Of a DNA stretch of 64,000 bases, positions 28,660 through 38,000 are shown one piece after another. Each line of letters begins with the position of its first letter. Within the stretch, counting starts at the first letter, position 1. Location of the stretch: contig CAYNDD010000001.1 in assembly GCA_964395425.1 (NCBI GenBank), positions 63 to 64,062 on the forward strand. The letters run 5' to 3'. Under the pieces are notes generated by a model. That model searched no databases. It was not told where the DNA came from and saw only the letters and a program-made list of their open reading frames with translations. The DNA is from an uncultured Frankiaceae bacterium. GTDB taxonomy: Bacteria > Actinomycetota > Actinomycetes > JAFAQI01. The position numbers and the translations under genes were made by a program.

Positions 28660-30150
28660 ATGACGGAACGCGACGAGTTATCCACCATTCTGCACCACGC
28701 CAGCCAGCTCTTTATCGGCGGCGAGTGGGTTCAACCGTCCTCAACGGCCATGGTTGAGGTCGTGGACTCGACCACCGAGGAGGTGTTCCTTTCCGTCGCG
28801 GAGGCAATGGAGAGCGACATCGCGCGTGCCGTTGGTGCGGCGCGTGCGGCTTTCGATAGCGGTCCCTGGCCGCGCATGACTCCGGCAGAACGCGCCGGCT
28901 ACATGCGTGAGTTCAGCGCGCTGTTGCGTGCGCGGACCGTTGGTCTGGGCCGGATCTGGCCCCGCGAGTTCGGAGTGTTGTATGCCATGGCCAAGAACAT
29001 GGCGGCAGATGCCGGCGGCGCATTCGAATATTACGCAGGGCTGGCCGACAGCTACCCGTTCGAGGAACCGGCCCGACCGTCGACCGGTCAGTACGGCGTG
29101 GTCGTTCGAGAACCAGTAGGGGTGGTCGGCGCCATCATCCCGTGGAATGGGCCCCTCGTCCTGATGGGTTACAAGCTGGCCCCAGCGTTGCTGGCCGGGT
29201 GCTGCGTCGTCGTGAAGTGCGCCCTGGAGTCGCCAGCCGCGGGCTATGTGGTCGCCGAGACTGCTGAGGCAGTTGGACTCCCTCCCGGAGTGATCAACGT
29301 CGTCACCGCCGACCGGGAGGCCTCCGAGTCGCTGGTTCGTGACTCCCGGGTCGACAAGATCACCTTCACCGGGTCCACCCTGGCCGGCCGGCGGATCGCG
29401 TCCCTCTGTGGCGAGCGGATCGCTCGGTGCACGCTGGAACTCGGTGGGAAATCCGCAGCTGTGATTTTCGACGACTTCGACATCACGACCGCTGCCGAGA
29501 GACTCGCGTCCGCCGAGTGCCTGATGACCGGTCAGGTCTGCTCGTCGCTTACCCGAATCGTCGTGAAGCGATCTCGGCACGACGAAATGCTCGAGGCTCT
29601 GGCTAGTGCGTTCTCCAAAGTACGAGTCGGGGACCCGTTCGATGCTGAGAGTCAGATGGGCCCGCTCGTGTCGGCACGTCATCGGGACCGGGTGGAGAGC
29701 TACATCGCCCGAGGCAAGGACGAAGGAGCGACCTTGGCAACGGGCGGCGGACGCCCCGCTCACTTAGACAAGGGTTACTTCGTGGAGCCAACGGTGTTCG
29801 GCAACGTGAACAACTCGCTAGCCATCGCGCAGGAGGAAATCTTCGGGCCGGTCCTTAGCGTCATTGCTGCAGACGACGAGGAACACGCTATAGAGATCGC
29901 GAACGACACGATGTATGGGCTGAACGCCTCGGTGTTCACAAATGACACCGATCGTGCCCGCGACGCGGCGCTCCGCTTGAGGTCCGGCAGGGTAGGCCAT
30001 AACGCGTGGACGAGATCCGAGTTCGGCTTTCCTTCCGGGGGATTCAAGCAGTCGGGCCTTGGTCGAGAGGGTGGCATTGATGGGCTGTTGGCCTTCCAGG
30101 AGACCAAGACCGTGATACTTGACGGCGTTCCGTCGAGCCTTCGCACCTGA
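28660..30150 (+). CDS. Aldehyde dehydrogenase family protein.
   Basis: 496 aa, with catalytic Glu and Cys regions: ELGGKSAAVIF and VCSS in QVCSSLTRIVV. Confidence 0.85.
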   Translation: MTERDELSTILHHASQLFIGGEWVQPSSTAMVEVVDSTTEEVFLSVAEAMESDIARAVGAARAAFDSGPWPRMTPAERAGYMREFSALLRARTVGLGRIWPREFGVLYAMAKNMAADAGGAFEYYAGLADSYPFEEPARPSTGQYGVVVREPVGVVGAIIPWNGPLVLMGYKLAPALLAGCCVVVKCALESPAAGYVVAETAEAVGLPPGVINVVTADREASESLVRDSRVDKITFTGSTLAGRRIASLCGERIARCTLELGGKSAAVIFDDFDITTAAERLASAECLMTGQVCSSLTRIVVKRSRHDEMLEALASAFSKVRVGDPFDAESQMGPLVSARHRDRVESYIARGKDEGATLATGGGRPAHLDKGYFVEPTVFGNVNNSLAIAQEEIFGPVLSVIAADDEEHAIEIANDTMYGLNASVFTNDTDRARDAALRLRSGRVGHNAWTRSEFGFPSGGFKQSGLGREGGIDGLLAFQETKTVILDGVPSSLRT

Positions 30151-30333
30151 TACATCGAGAGGGCTGATCCGCGCTCACCGTACTGGTGGTTTGGTTGGCT
30201 CGCGACAGGCGGGGCTGCACCCCTGGTCCGCTGCGGAGAAAGAACGGCACCCCGGGCCCAACGCCAGTTGTCGATCTCGACTCGGACCGCCGCAATCGTC
30301 TCCGTGGTGCTGTCAGCTCCAGCCGTGAGGCAC

Positions 30334-31623
30334 CTATCGCTTGGTGGTGAGCGATTTCTTTGCCGAGTGGGTGTGGCCGGCCTTGTTGGTGGCGACGGCG
30401 TGGATCTTGTAGCCGGTATGGCCGCTGAGACCGTGCAGCGTGAGATGGACGGTGCTGGTGGTGCGTCCGCTGCCGGCGGAGACAGTGGGTGAGGTGACGT
30501 GCTTGCCGCCGCCGGTGGCGACGAGCTTCACGGTGGTGCTCAGCCCTTCGGGGTTGACCCGGACCGTCAGGTGCGCGGTGTGGGCGTTCTTTCGGGTGAT
30601 CGTCAGCGCGTGGGTAGTCGGCTTTTGGAGGAACTCGTACGCGCCGATGTCCGGGGCGGGCCCGAGGGTGCGGGGATTGCCCGCGAGGTCGGTGCCGGCT
30701 GCCGGGTCGGTGGCGCCGGCGTTGATCGTTGGCGAGCCGGCCTTCTCTTGGTAGTTACCGGCTGCCGGGTGGATGAACTTCGGTGCCGCCGCGATGTCGG
30801 TCGCGCCGCCAGTGATGACCCCGGTACCCAGGCCCGTCTTCGACGTCGCGGTCGCTCGGTAGTCGCTGTGAACCAGATTCACCGAGGCGGTGCCCCCTGA
30901 CGCCGCGATGGTGGCGATGTCATCACCGGCACCATGGATGATCGAGTTGGTCACCGTCACATTCACGGTGTTGGCGGAGTCAATCTCATCGGCCAGCCCG
31001 ATCCCCCCTGATCCGGTTGCCTCAGCGGTCACTCCGCGCACGATCGCAGACTGGTCAGTGCCACTGTCCTGAAATTCCAGTGCGGGATCGTCGGTGCCGC
31101 TCGTCGTGCACAGCGAGTCGCGCAACGTTCCGAATACGCCGCACGCACCGTAGAGAGCACCGGTCGAGCGCACGATCACGTGATCGACCACGCCGCCGAT
31201 GTCCGCCACGCCGTTCTCACCCCCAGAGGAGTGCAGGTCGATCCGACTGAGGTCAGATCCGTCGAAGAAGAAGATTCCACTACTCGCTGACGAATAGATG
31301 ACCGGTACGGGTGCACCCGGCTCGCCATACACATCCAGGGCCCCGTGGCCGCCGACGTCGGTCAGCTCGGTCGTGATCGGAGCACCAGCGGAACCATAGG
31401 TGCCAGGTTCGATCTCCACGCGATCGCCCGCCACTGCGTCGTTGACCGCTGTCACGATGTCACACGGTGCACTGTGCGGGCAGGAGCTCGACGCGGTGCC
31501 CGAAGGACTCGCGTAGCGCGTGACCGGTCCGCTCGCGCGCGCCGGCGTCATTCCACCGCCCGCACCAGATCCGACCAACAGAGCGGCAGCGATTAACGCC
31601 AATGGAAGTGACCTGACCTTCAT
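30334..31623 (-). CDS. Secreted right-handed parallel beta-helix protein with a C-terminal Ig-like tail.
   Basis: Signal peptide MKVRSLPLALIAAALLVGSGA. Gly/Thr/Asp-rich beta-helix repeats, and a DIGAYEF motif near the end of the helix domain. Confidence 0.6.
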   Translation of the reverse strand: MKVRSLPLALIAAALLVGSGAGGGMTPARASGPVTRYASPSGTASSSCPHSAPCDIVTAVNDAVAGDRVEIEPGTYGSAGAPITTELTDVGGHGALDVYGEPGAPVPVIYSSASSGIFFFDGSDLSRIDLHSSGGENGVADIGGVVDHVIVRSTGALYGACGVFGTLRDSLCTTSGTDDPALEFQDSGTDQSAIVRGVTAEATGSGGIGLADEIDSANTVNVTVTNSIIHGAGDDIATIAASGGTASVNLVHSDYRATATSKTGLGTGVITGGATDIAAAPKFIHPAAGNYQEKAGSPTINAGATDPAAGTDLAGNPRTLGPAPDIGAYEFLQKPTTHALTITRKNAHTAHLTVRVNPEGLSTTVKLVATGGGKHVTSPTVSAGSGRTTSTVHLTLHGLSGHTGYKIHAVATNKAGHTHSAKKSLTTKR

Positions 31624-31788
31624 GTCTCCGAAACGTACTTGCTACGACGCGGGCTGTCAGTGGTACCAGCGCTCGACCCGCTCGACATGCGGAAGAGAAA
31701 AGGGGGCTGATCCGGATCTGGTCCGAACTGATCATTGTGGTTATGTTGTGCGGCTGGTCGACTTGGCATCCTGACAGCGGGGGGCGTG

Positions 31789-33105
31789 ATGGGCTGGGCT
31801 CGGCGGTTGTCGCTCGCAGTAGTGGCCGCGATGTGGATTTCCTGCGTGCCGGTGGGCTGGTTCGGTCCGTCGCCCGTGAGCGCGGCAACTGCACCCGCCT
31901 GCACGGCCGACACGACCCACTTCCCATCGGATAGTTGCTCGGTGACCGCGCTGACCGATCACTCGATGACCGAGTCGTTCACGACTGTGCCGAAGTACCC
32001 GACCTGCCAGAACGGCGCGCCTGACCCGTGCACGTTCGAGATGTTCGGCCAGTTCGCCTTGTCGATGGCGGGCCCCGGCGCCGGCGCCGACGACGTCAAA
32101 ATATCGGGCTCCTGTCCCGACGCGGACGCCAACATGACCTTCACCACGCCGACTGACTACGTCGGTGATTTCAACGCGGAGCCGCAGACCTGCTCGATCA
32201 CCTGGACCTGGAATGCCGCGACCGAGTTTCCGCTTGACAGTGCCATCAACATGACGGAGGAGGACGGTGAGGCGATCACCGACTCGCCGATGGCGGATCA
32301 CACCTTCGGCGTGACGCTGCCCCCGCCGGGCCCGGTCGCGGACTTCACGGCAACACCGTCGAACAGCGATCCGGGCGAGTTCACCTTCACCGACAAGAGC
32401 TACTCAGTGATCTCGAACGTCACGATCAAGCATGAGGCCTGGTCGACCAGTGACGGCGACTCCGGCACCGGAAAGACTTGGGACCACACCTTCGCCGCGA
32501 TCGGCACCTACCAGGTCGATCTCACCGTCACCGACAGTAACGGCAAGACGGCAAGCACCTCCCAGCACGTGAAGGTGACAGGCGTCGGTGGGGGGTCAGC
32601 CTCGATCTCCGTGAAGGAGGCGTTGTCGCCGGTCGGCGACCAGGGCCGGTTCGACCTGTACGTCGGTACCAAGCTCGTCAAGGCCAGCGCAGGTGACGGT
32701 GATCACGGGGTCGCGCACGTGACGCCCGGCCGGTACCTAGTGGTGCAGCGGGCTATGACGGTTGGCCTGACTCATTACGGCATCCGGCTGTCGTGCACGA
32801 AGAACGGTCGACACGATTTCACCACCGCGTCCTACGGCGCGACCGTGAAGGTCTCGGCCGGCGATGCCGAGGTCTGCACTTTCACCGATACCCGGTCGAC
32901 TGCGAACCACTGCGACGTCCCCCAGCTGGCGGGCAGGTCCCTGCCCGCCGCTAAGCGGGCGTTGCGCGCCGCGGACTGCGCGGTCGGGAAGATCCACCGG
33001 CACAAGCACGCGAAGCCGTCTTCGCTTGTGGTCCGGTCCACCGCACCGCAGGCGTTCGCGGTGACCAAGGCGCGTCGACCGGTGTCAATCGTGATGGGGA
33101 CGTAG
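31789..33105 (+). CDS. Secreted protein with a PKD-like domain and a C-terminal PASTA-like domain.
   Basis: Signal peptide MGWARRLSLAVVAAMWIS. A PKD-like segment, TWDHTFAAIGTYQVDLTVTDSNGKT. A C-terminal CDVPQLAGRSLPAAKRALRAADCAVGKI resembling a PASTA fold. Confidence 0.55.
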   Translation: MGWARRLSLAVVAAMWISCVPVGWFGPSPVSAATAPACTADTTHFPSDSCSVTALTDHSMTESFTTVPKYPTCQNGAPDPCTFEMFGQFALSMAGPGAGADDVKISGSCPDADANMTFTTPTDYVGDFNAEPQTCSITWTWNAATEFPLDSAINMTEEDGEAITDSPMADHTFGVTLPPPGPVADFTATPSNSDPGEFTFTDKSYSVISNVTIKHEAWSTSDGDSGTGKTWDHTFAAIGTYQVDLTVTDSNGKTASTSQHVKVTGVGGGSASISVKEALSPVGDQGRFDLYVGTKLVKASAGDGDHGVAHVTPGRYLVVQRAMTVGLTHYGIRLSCTKNGRHDFTTASYGATVKVSAGDAEVCTFTDTRSTANHCDVPQLAGRSLPAAKRALRAADCAVGKIHRHKHAKPSSLVVRSTAPQAFAVTKARRPVSIVMGT

Positions 33106-33416
33106 GGCGAACCGGAGCCGCACGACTTACACAAAGTTCCTGACAGACCCACGGACCCGGACCGCGGGTCCTACGGCAATGTGCTCACCTGGTTCACCTT
33201 GGATCCTTCCGACCTTGGCGGCTTGTGTTGGCGCGTTGGACCGGCCGAGATCGGTAAAGAGGAAGGTCCTCTTGCGACATGCGAACCACGATCGAATGCA
33301 GGGCCGCGAGAGGTTCACCACGCGGGCACGCCGGGTCGGGTCCAACGGCCCTGGTGGAGGAGGCTAGTTGGGGGTAACTTCCAGATTATTGGTACTGCCA
33401 TTTGGAGGTCACTTCT

Positions 33417-34967
33417 ATGAAGCCTGGTATGGGCCGGAGGTGGTGGGCGCTCGGGGCGCTCACCCTGGCGGTGCTGGCGATCGGTCTTGATGGCACGGTG
33501 CTGAGCGTGGCGTTGCCTACCCTGAGCGTGGCGCTGCATGCGTCGGAGTCCGACCTGCAGTGGTTCTCCTCGGGGTACCTGCTGGTGCTGGCGGCCGCGA
33601 TGCTTCCTGCCGGTCTGCTCGGTGACCGTTACGGTCGCAAACCGGTGCTCCTCGGCTCCCTCGCCGTGTTCGGTGTGGGTTCCGCCCTGTGTGCCTACTC
33701 GAGTTCGGTGGGGGAGTTCTTGGCCGCTCGAGTGCTGCTCGGCGTTGCCGGGGCCGGTGTGATCGTGATGGCCCTGTCGTCTTTGACGGTGCTGTTCTCG
33801 AAGGAGGAGCGGCCCAAGGCGGTCGGGATCTGGGCTGCGGCTAACTTCGTGGCCCTGCCGATCGGCCCGATCCTGGGTGGCTGGCTGTTGACCCATTACT
33901 GGTGGGGCTGGGTGTTCCTGATGAACGTCCCGGTGGCCCTGCTCGGGCTCGCCGCTGCGTGCATTCTCATCCCGGCGTCTCGGGCGTCGACGCCGCCGGG
34001 GCTCGACCCGGTCGGGGTAGGGTCCTCGGTCGCGGGGCTGGTCGCGGTGACCTATGGCCTGATCGAGGCCGGGGAGTACGGCTGGGCCAACCGCGCGGCT
34101 TGGACGCTGATCGTCACAGGGGTGGTCGTGCTGGGCGGTTTCTTCGGCTGGGAGCGTCGGCTCAACCGGCGTCCCGGTGGCCAGCCCCTTCTCGATCTCG
34201 GGTTGTTCCGGTCGGCGTCCTACCTGTGGGGAGTGATCCTCGCCACGATCGCGGTCCTGGCCATGATGGGGGTGCTGTTCACCATGCCGCAGTACTTCCA
34301 AGGTGTGCTCGGTACGAACGCGATGGGGTCGGGCCTGCGGTTGTTGCCGCTGGTCGGCGGGTTGGTGCTCGGCGCGGTACCGGCCAGTCAGGTCGCCGAG
34401 TGGGTTGGGGCCAAGCTGGCCGCAGCCGCCGGGTTCGCGTTCCTGATCATCGGTCTGTTCCTCGGCGCCACGACCGGCCTGGGCTCACCGGGTGGGTTCG
34501 TCGCGGCGTGGATGGCGATCACCGGTCTGGGTATGGGGCTGGCGATGGCCACCGCATCCTCCGCTGCGCTGTCCGAATTGACCGAGGACCAGGCCGGGGT
34601 CGGGTCGGCCGCGATGCAGGCCCTGAACAAGCTCGGAGGGCCGTTCGGCGCGGCCATTCTCGGGAGCGTGCTCAGCGCCGGGTACCTCGCCCGCCTCAAC
34701 CTCACCGGTCTCCCTGGACCGTCCGCTACCGCCGCCCGGCAAAGTGTGTTCGGTGGCGTCGCGGTAGCCCACAAGATCGGCTCGACGGTCTTGCTGCACT
34801 CGGTCCGAGCCGGCTTCGTGCACGGCATGGACATCGCACTCACCGTCTCGGCCGGCTTCGCTGTTCTCGGTCTCCTCGTCGCACTGGCCTTCCTGCCCAC
34901 GACCAGCGCGTCAAGTGATCAGCAGCCCGCCGCCACGACCCCGGAGGCCGTCGTTGCCGTCAGCTGA
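33417..34967 (+). CDS. MFS transporter, DHA2 (EmrB/QacA-type, 14-TMS) drug:H+ antiporter family.
   Basis: LGDRYGRKPVLL motif A. 14 predicted hydrophobic segments. ATG 33417 follows a GGAGG RBS. Confidence 0.8.
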   Translation: MKPGMGRRWWALGALTLAVLAIGLDGTVLSVALPTLSVALHASESDLQWFSSGYLLVLAAAMLPAGLLGDRYGRKPVLLGSLAVFGVGSALCAYSSSVGEFLAARVLLGVAGAGVIVMALSSLTVLFSKEERPKAVGIWAAANFVALPIGPILGGWLLTHYWWGWVFLMNVPVALLGLAAACILIPASRASTPPGLDPVGVGSSVAGLVAVTYGLIEAGEYGWANRAAWTLIVTGVVVLGGFFGWERRLNRRPGGQPLLDLGLFRSASYLWGVILATIAVLAMMGVLFTMPQYFQGVLGTNAMGSGLRLLPLVGGLVLGAVPASQVAEWVGAKLAAAAGFAFLIIGLFLGATTGLGSPGGFVAAWMAITGLGMGLAMATASSAALSELTEDQAGVGSAAMQALNKLGGPFGAAILGSVLSAGYLARLNLTGLPGPSATAARQSVFGGVAVAHKIGSTVLLHSVRAGFVHGMDIALTVSAGFAVLGLLVALAFLPTTSASSDQQPAATTPEAVVAVS

Positions 34968-34974
34968 CCGACCG

Positions 34975-35553
34975 GTGGACGGGCTCCGCGAACGCAAGAA
35001 GGCCAGGACCCGGGCCGAGATCCAAAGCCACGCCCTCAGGCTGTTCCGCGCGCAAGGTTACGACGCCACCACCGTCGCCCAGATCATCGAGGAAGCCGAG
35101 GTCTCCCAAAGCACGTTCTTCCGCTACTTCCCGACCAAGGCCGACCTGGTGCTCACCGATGAGTTCGACCCGGTGATCGTGGCGGCGTTTCAGGCCCAAC
35201 CAGCCGACCTAGGCGTCATCCCCGCCCTGCGGGCCGCATTTCGCGTGGCCCTCTCCCAGCTCTCCGAATCCGAGCTCGCCGACCAGCGCGAGCGCACCGC
35301 GCTCAGCCTCTCGGTTCCAGAGCTGCGAGGAGCCATGCTCGACCAGTTCGCCTCCGCGATGACCCTGCTCGCCGACATCGTCGCCGAGCGGACCGGTCGA
35401 CCGACCCAGGACCCGGCCGTCCGAACCCTCGCCGGCGCCGTCGTCGGCGCCGCCGTCGCCGTCATCTTCGCCGGCGCTGACGACCCGTGGGCTGACCTGC
35501 CCGACCAGCTCGACGACGCCCTGGCCCGCCTTGAAACAGGGCTGGTCCTGTAG
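34975..35553 (+). CDS. TetR family transcriptional regulator.
   Basis: ERKKARTRAEIQSHALRLFRAQGYDATTVAQIIEEAEVSQSTFFRYFPTKADLV. Confidence 0.8.
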   Translation: MDGLRERKKARTRAEIQSHALRLFRAQGYDATTVAQIIEEAEVSQSTFFRYFPTKADLVLTDEFDPVIVAAFQAQPADLGVIPALRAAFRVALSQLSESELADQRERTALSLSVPELRGAMLDQFASAMTLLADIVAERTGRPTQDPAVRTLAGAVVGAAVAVIFAGADDPWADLPDQLDDALARLETGLVL

Positions 35554-35562
35554 GGCGAAGCC

Positions 35563-35775
35563 TCACCCGCCCAATCGCGGCCGCAGTCGCCCGCAAACCG
35601 TCGTGACGTCGGATTCCGGGATGTCGTCATAGCGCACCACGACGGCTTGGCCTGCGAGTGCCACGACTTCGGTCAGGCAGCCGTTTGCGTCGACGTACAT
35701 GTTTTGGCTCAGGTAATCGTCTGGCATGGAAGGACCGTAGTGATTTCGGCCGGTTGTCTCTCTCGTTGTCCACAA
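35563..35775 (-). CDS. Small hypothetical protein (70 aa) downstream of the anti-sigma gene.
   Basis: ORF only; no recognisable family. Could be co-transcribed with the sigma/anti-sigma pair. Confidence 0.2.
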   Translation of the reverse strand: MWTTRETTGRNHYGPSMPDDYLSQNMYVDANGCLTEVVALAGQAVVVRYDDIPESDVTTVCGRLRPRLGG

Positions 35776-35837
35776 GGCCTGAATCTGGAACGCCGGACGC
35801 GAGGACTTTCAGTGTCCAGGCCGGCAATGGCTTGCCG

Positions 35838-36602
35838 TCACGCGACCACACCGCGTAGCACGCTGTGGGAGGAGTGTGTTCCGTGGTCGGCGGGTGTCTG
35901 GATGCTGACGTCGAGCGCGTCGAAGCCCGTCAGCTCACTGACCGGGAGTGGGAAGGTGGCGGTCATGACACGCCCGGTGGTGGCGGGCATTGTTCCGATG
36001 GCGCGGGTTCGTCCGGTACGGGTGTTGAGCAGCCAAACCTCCACAGTGTCGTGTGAGGAGGGAAGGGTCAGACCGGACAGGGTCACCTGCATCTTCTGCC
36101 CGGCGCCAGATCCGACCATGCGAGCGGCTCCTGTCGCCGGGGTTGGAGGTTGGCCGATGGCCGCAAGCCTGACTTCTGCCGTCGGATGTTTCGACGCCTG
36201 GGACAAGTGCCCGATCGCGATCCCACCGGCCAGTGCGGCGACCAGCGCGCCCGCGGCGGCCAATGCGAAGCGACGGTTGACCGGTGGGCGCCTAGGTGCG
36301 GTGGCCGCGGCGGACTGGTACTTCCCTGGCGAGCCGACGTCGGTCGGTTGGATCACTGGTGGACTCGGCATGGGCGCGGAGGCTTTGAGGGCGGCGAGGT
36401 TGAGTGGAGGGACCTCAGAGGGGTCGACCGGCCTGTGCCGTCCGGCGTCCTTGAGCTCGCCGACGGCTGCGGCAGTCTCGGCGAGCTGATCACGGCAGTA
36501 GTTGCAGCCGCGGACATGGTCAACGGTGACAGCACGCTCGGCCGGGAGGAGCTCGCCGCTGAGTAGTCCGACCAGGTCGACGTGATCGCTGCCTCTGGTC
36601 AT
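35838..36602 (-). CDS. Zinc-finger (zf-HC2, HxxxCxxC) anti-sigma factor with a transmembrane/extracytoplasmic C-terminal region.
   Basis: N-terminal VDHVRGCNYCRDQLAE motif. Its ATG overlaps the sigma-gene stop (ATGA). A hydrophobic helix (FALAAAGALVAALAGGIAIG) follows a Pro-rich stretch. Confidence 0.75.
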   Translation of the reverse strand: MTRGSDHVDLVGLLSGELLPAERAVTVDHVRGCNYCRDQLAETAAAVGELKDAGRHRPVDPSEVPPLNLAALKASAPMPSPPVIQPTDVGSPGKYQSAAATAPRRPPVNRRFALAAAGALVAALAGGIAIGHLSQASKHPTAEVRLAAIGQPPTPATGAARMVGSGAGQKMQVTLSGLTLPSSHDTVEVWLLNTRTGRTRAIGTMPATTGRVMTATFPLPVSELTGFDALDVSIQTPADHGTHSSHSVLRGVVA

Positions 36603-37132
36603 CGCGGGACTCCTTCCAGCGCTGCAGCGAGTGCGCGTAACCCTCGCGCGGCTCGTGCCTTGACGGTGCCCAGCGGCGCGCCGACCCATTCGGCGACCTG
36701 CGGCAGGCTCAGGTCGTCGAAGTAGACCAGCACGAGCACTTGGCGTTGTTCTGGGCTGATCATGGCTAGCGCGTCCCGGACCTGCTGAGAGCGGGTGAAT
36801 CGTTCAGCCAGGTCGTCGTCGGCGATGAGCGCGGGGTCCTGCGGCAGGTCCGCGACGGGTTCGGGCCGCCTGGCGCGGAGCTGGTCGGCGGCGCGATGCT
36901 TGGCGATTCCCATCACCCAGCCCGCGAGCGGCCGGTTGGCGTCGTATTGGTCTCGGCAGCGCCAGACGTCGAGGAAGGTGCGCTGCAGGACGTCTTCTGC
37001 GTCGCCCGGTGAGACCACCCGACGGAGGTAGCCGAGCACTATCGGCGCAAGCAGGGCGTACGCCTGCTCGATCGCTTCGTCATCGACCGCCAGCCGTGCG
37101 GCGATGTCGCTGATCGCAGGCCCGGCGTCCAT
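36599..37132 (-). CDS. ECF (sigma-70 family) RNA polymerase sigma factor.
   Basis: Region 2 (LLAPIVLGYLRRVVSPGDAEDVLQRTFLDVWR) and region 4 (LSPEQRQVLVLVYFDDLSLPQVAEWVGAPLGTVKARAARGLRAL). The start is internal to the long ORF in the track, at MDAGPAIS. Confidence 0.8.
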   Translation of the reverse strand: MDAGPAISDIAARLAVDDEAIEQAYALLAPIVLGYLRRVVSPGDAEDVLQRTFLDVWRCRDQYDANRPLAGWVMGIAKHRAADQLRARRPEPVADLPQDPALIADDDLAERFTRSQQVRDALAMISPEQRQVLVLVYFDDLSLPQVAEWVGAPLGTVKARAARGLRALAAALEGVPR

Positions 37133-37264
37133 CCCCACACTCTCTATGCGTATCGATGTCCGTGTGCGGTTGCATCGGCGGGTCGGTGCAACCGTTCGGC
37201 TGCCGCGAGCCGCATACCTGCACAGGAGTGGGCAACAGGCCCGCCCACCGTCAAGGAGGACACC

Positions 37265-37897
37265 GTGCCAGTCAAACATCGTTTCGTCGCCGTCGCGGCC
37301 GGGTGCGCGTTGGTGCTCACCGGCTCGTCTCTCGGTGTGACTGCTGCCACCGCGCACCCAGCGGTAGCTGCTCACCCCGTGGCAAAGCACCATCCCGCAA
37401 CGCTGATTGTGTTCACCGGCGGGGTCACGATGCTCAAGCTGGCGCCCTCGACCGCCTCGGCACTGAGTTCTCACGGCGTGTCGGTTGCCCCGGCAAGCGA
37501 GGCGACAGTGGTCTCCTCAGGCATCGCGTTTCCGATCCAGGGCGGCCTGATCAACGCCAAGACCTTGGCCGGCACGATCACCCACGACGGCGGGCTTACC
37601 TTCACCGCCGGGACCAAGACCCTCACCATCCGGGACTTCACGGTCAACACCGCCACCGGCACCCTGTCCGCCTACGCCGACCAGGCGGCCGCGCGGATCA
37701 CAGTCTTAGACCTGAGCCTGCGCAAGGCGAAGATTGTGGCCGGCCGGCACACCCTCGTAGTCGGTAACGTCACCGCGACGCTCGACGCCGCCGCCGCCAA
37801 GGCGCTGAACAAATACTTTTCGACGACCCTCTTCACCAAGGGCCTGCCGATCGGGACAGTACGGGTCAGCGCCAAGATTCGCGAGGTCAAGAGCTGA
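37265..37897 (+). CDS. Secreted hypothetical protein.
   Basis: Signal peptide VAVAAGCALVLTGSSLGVTAATAHP. Gly/Thr-rich. Divergent from the ECF sigma operon. Confidence 0.5.
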   Translation: MPVKHRFVAVAAGCALVLTGSSLGVTAATAHPAVAAHPVAKHHPATLIVFTGGVTMLKLAPSTASALSSHGVSVAPASEATVVSSGIAFPIQGGLINAKTLAGTITHDGGLTFTAGTKTLTIRDFTVNTATGTLSAYADQAAARITVLDLSLRKAKIVAGRHTLVVGNVTATLDAAAAKALNKYFSTTLFTKGLPIGTVRVSAKIREVKS

Positions 37898-38000
37898 CGA
37901 GACCGCCGATACAGATCTCCGGCAGTGGCGGGAACGAACCTGCGTCCCCGCCACTGCCGGTCGACGTTCCGTCGCCCTCAGAGTCCACTAAGGCGGGCCG

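Noticed and set aside
35647-36489. 280-aa plus-strand ORF.
   Set aside because: Antisense to the anti-sigma factor gene. No motifs.
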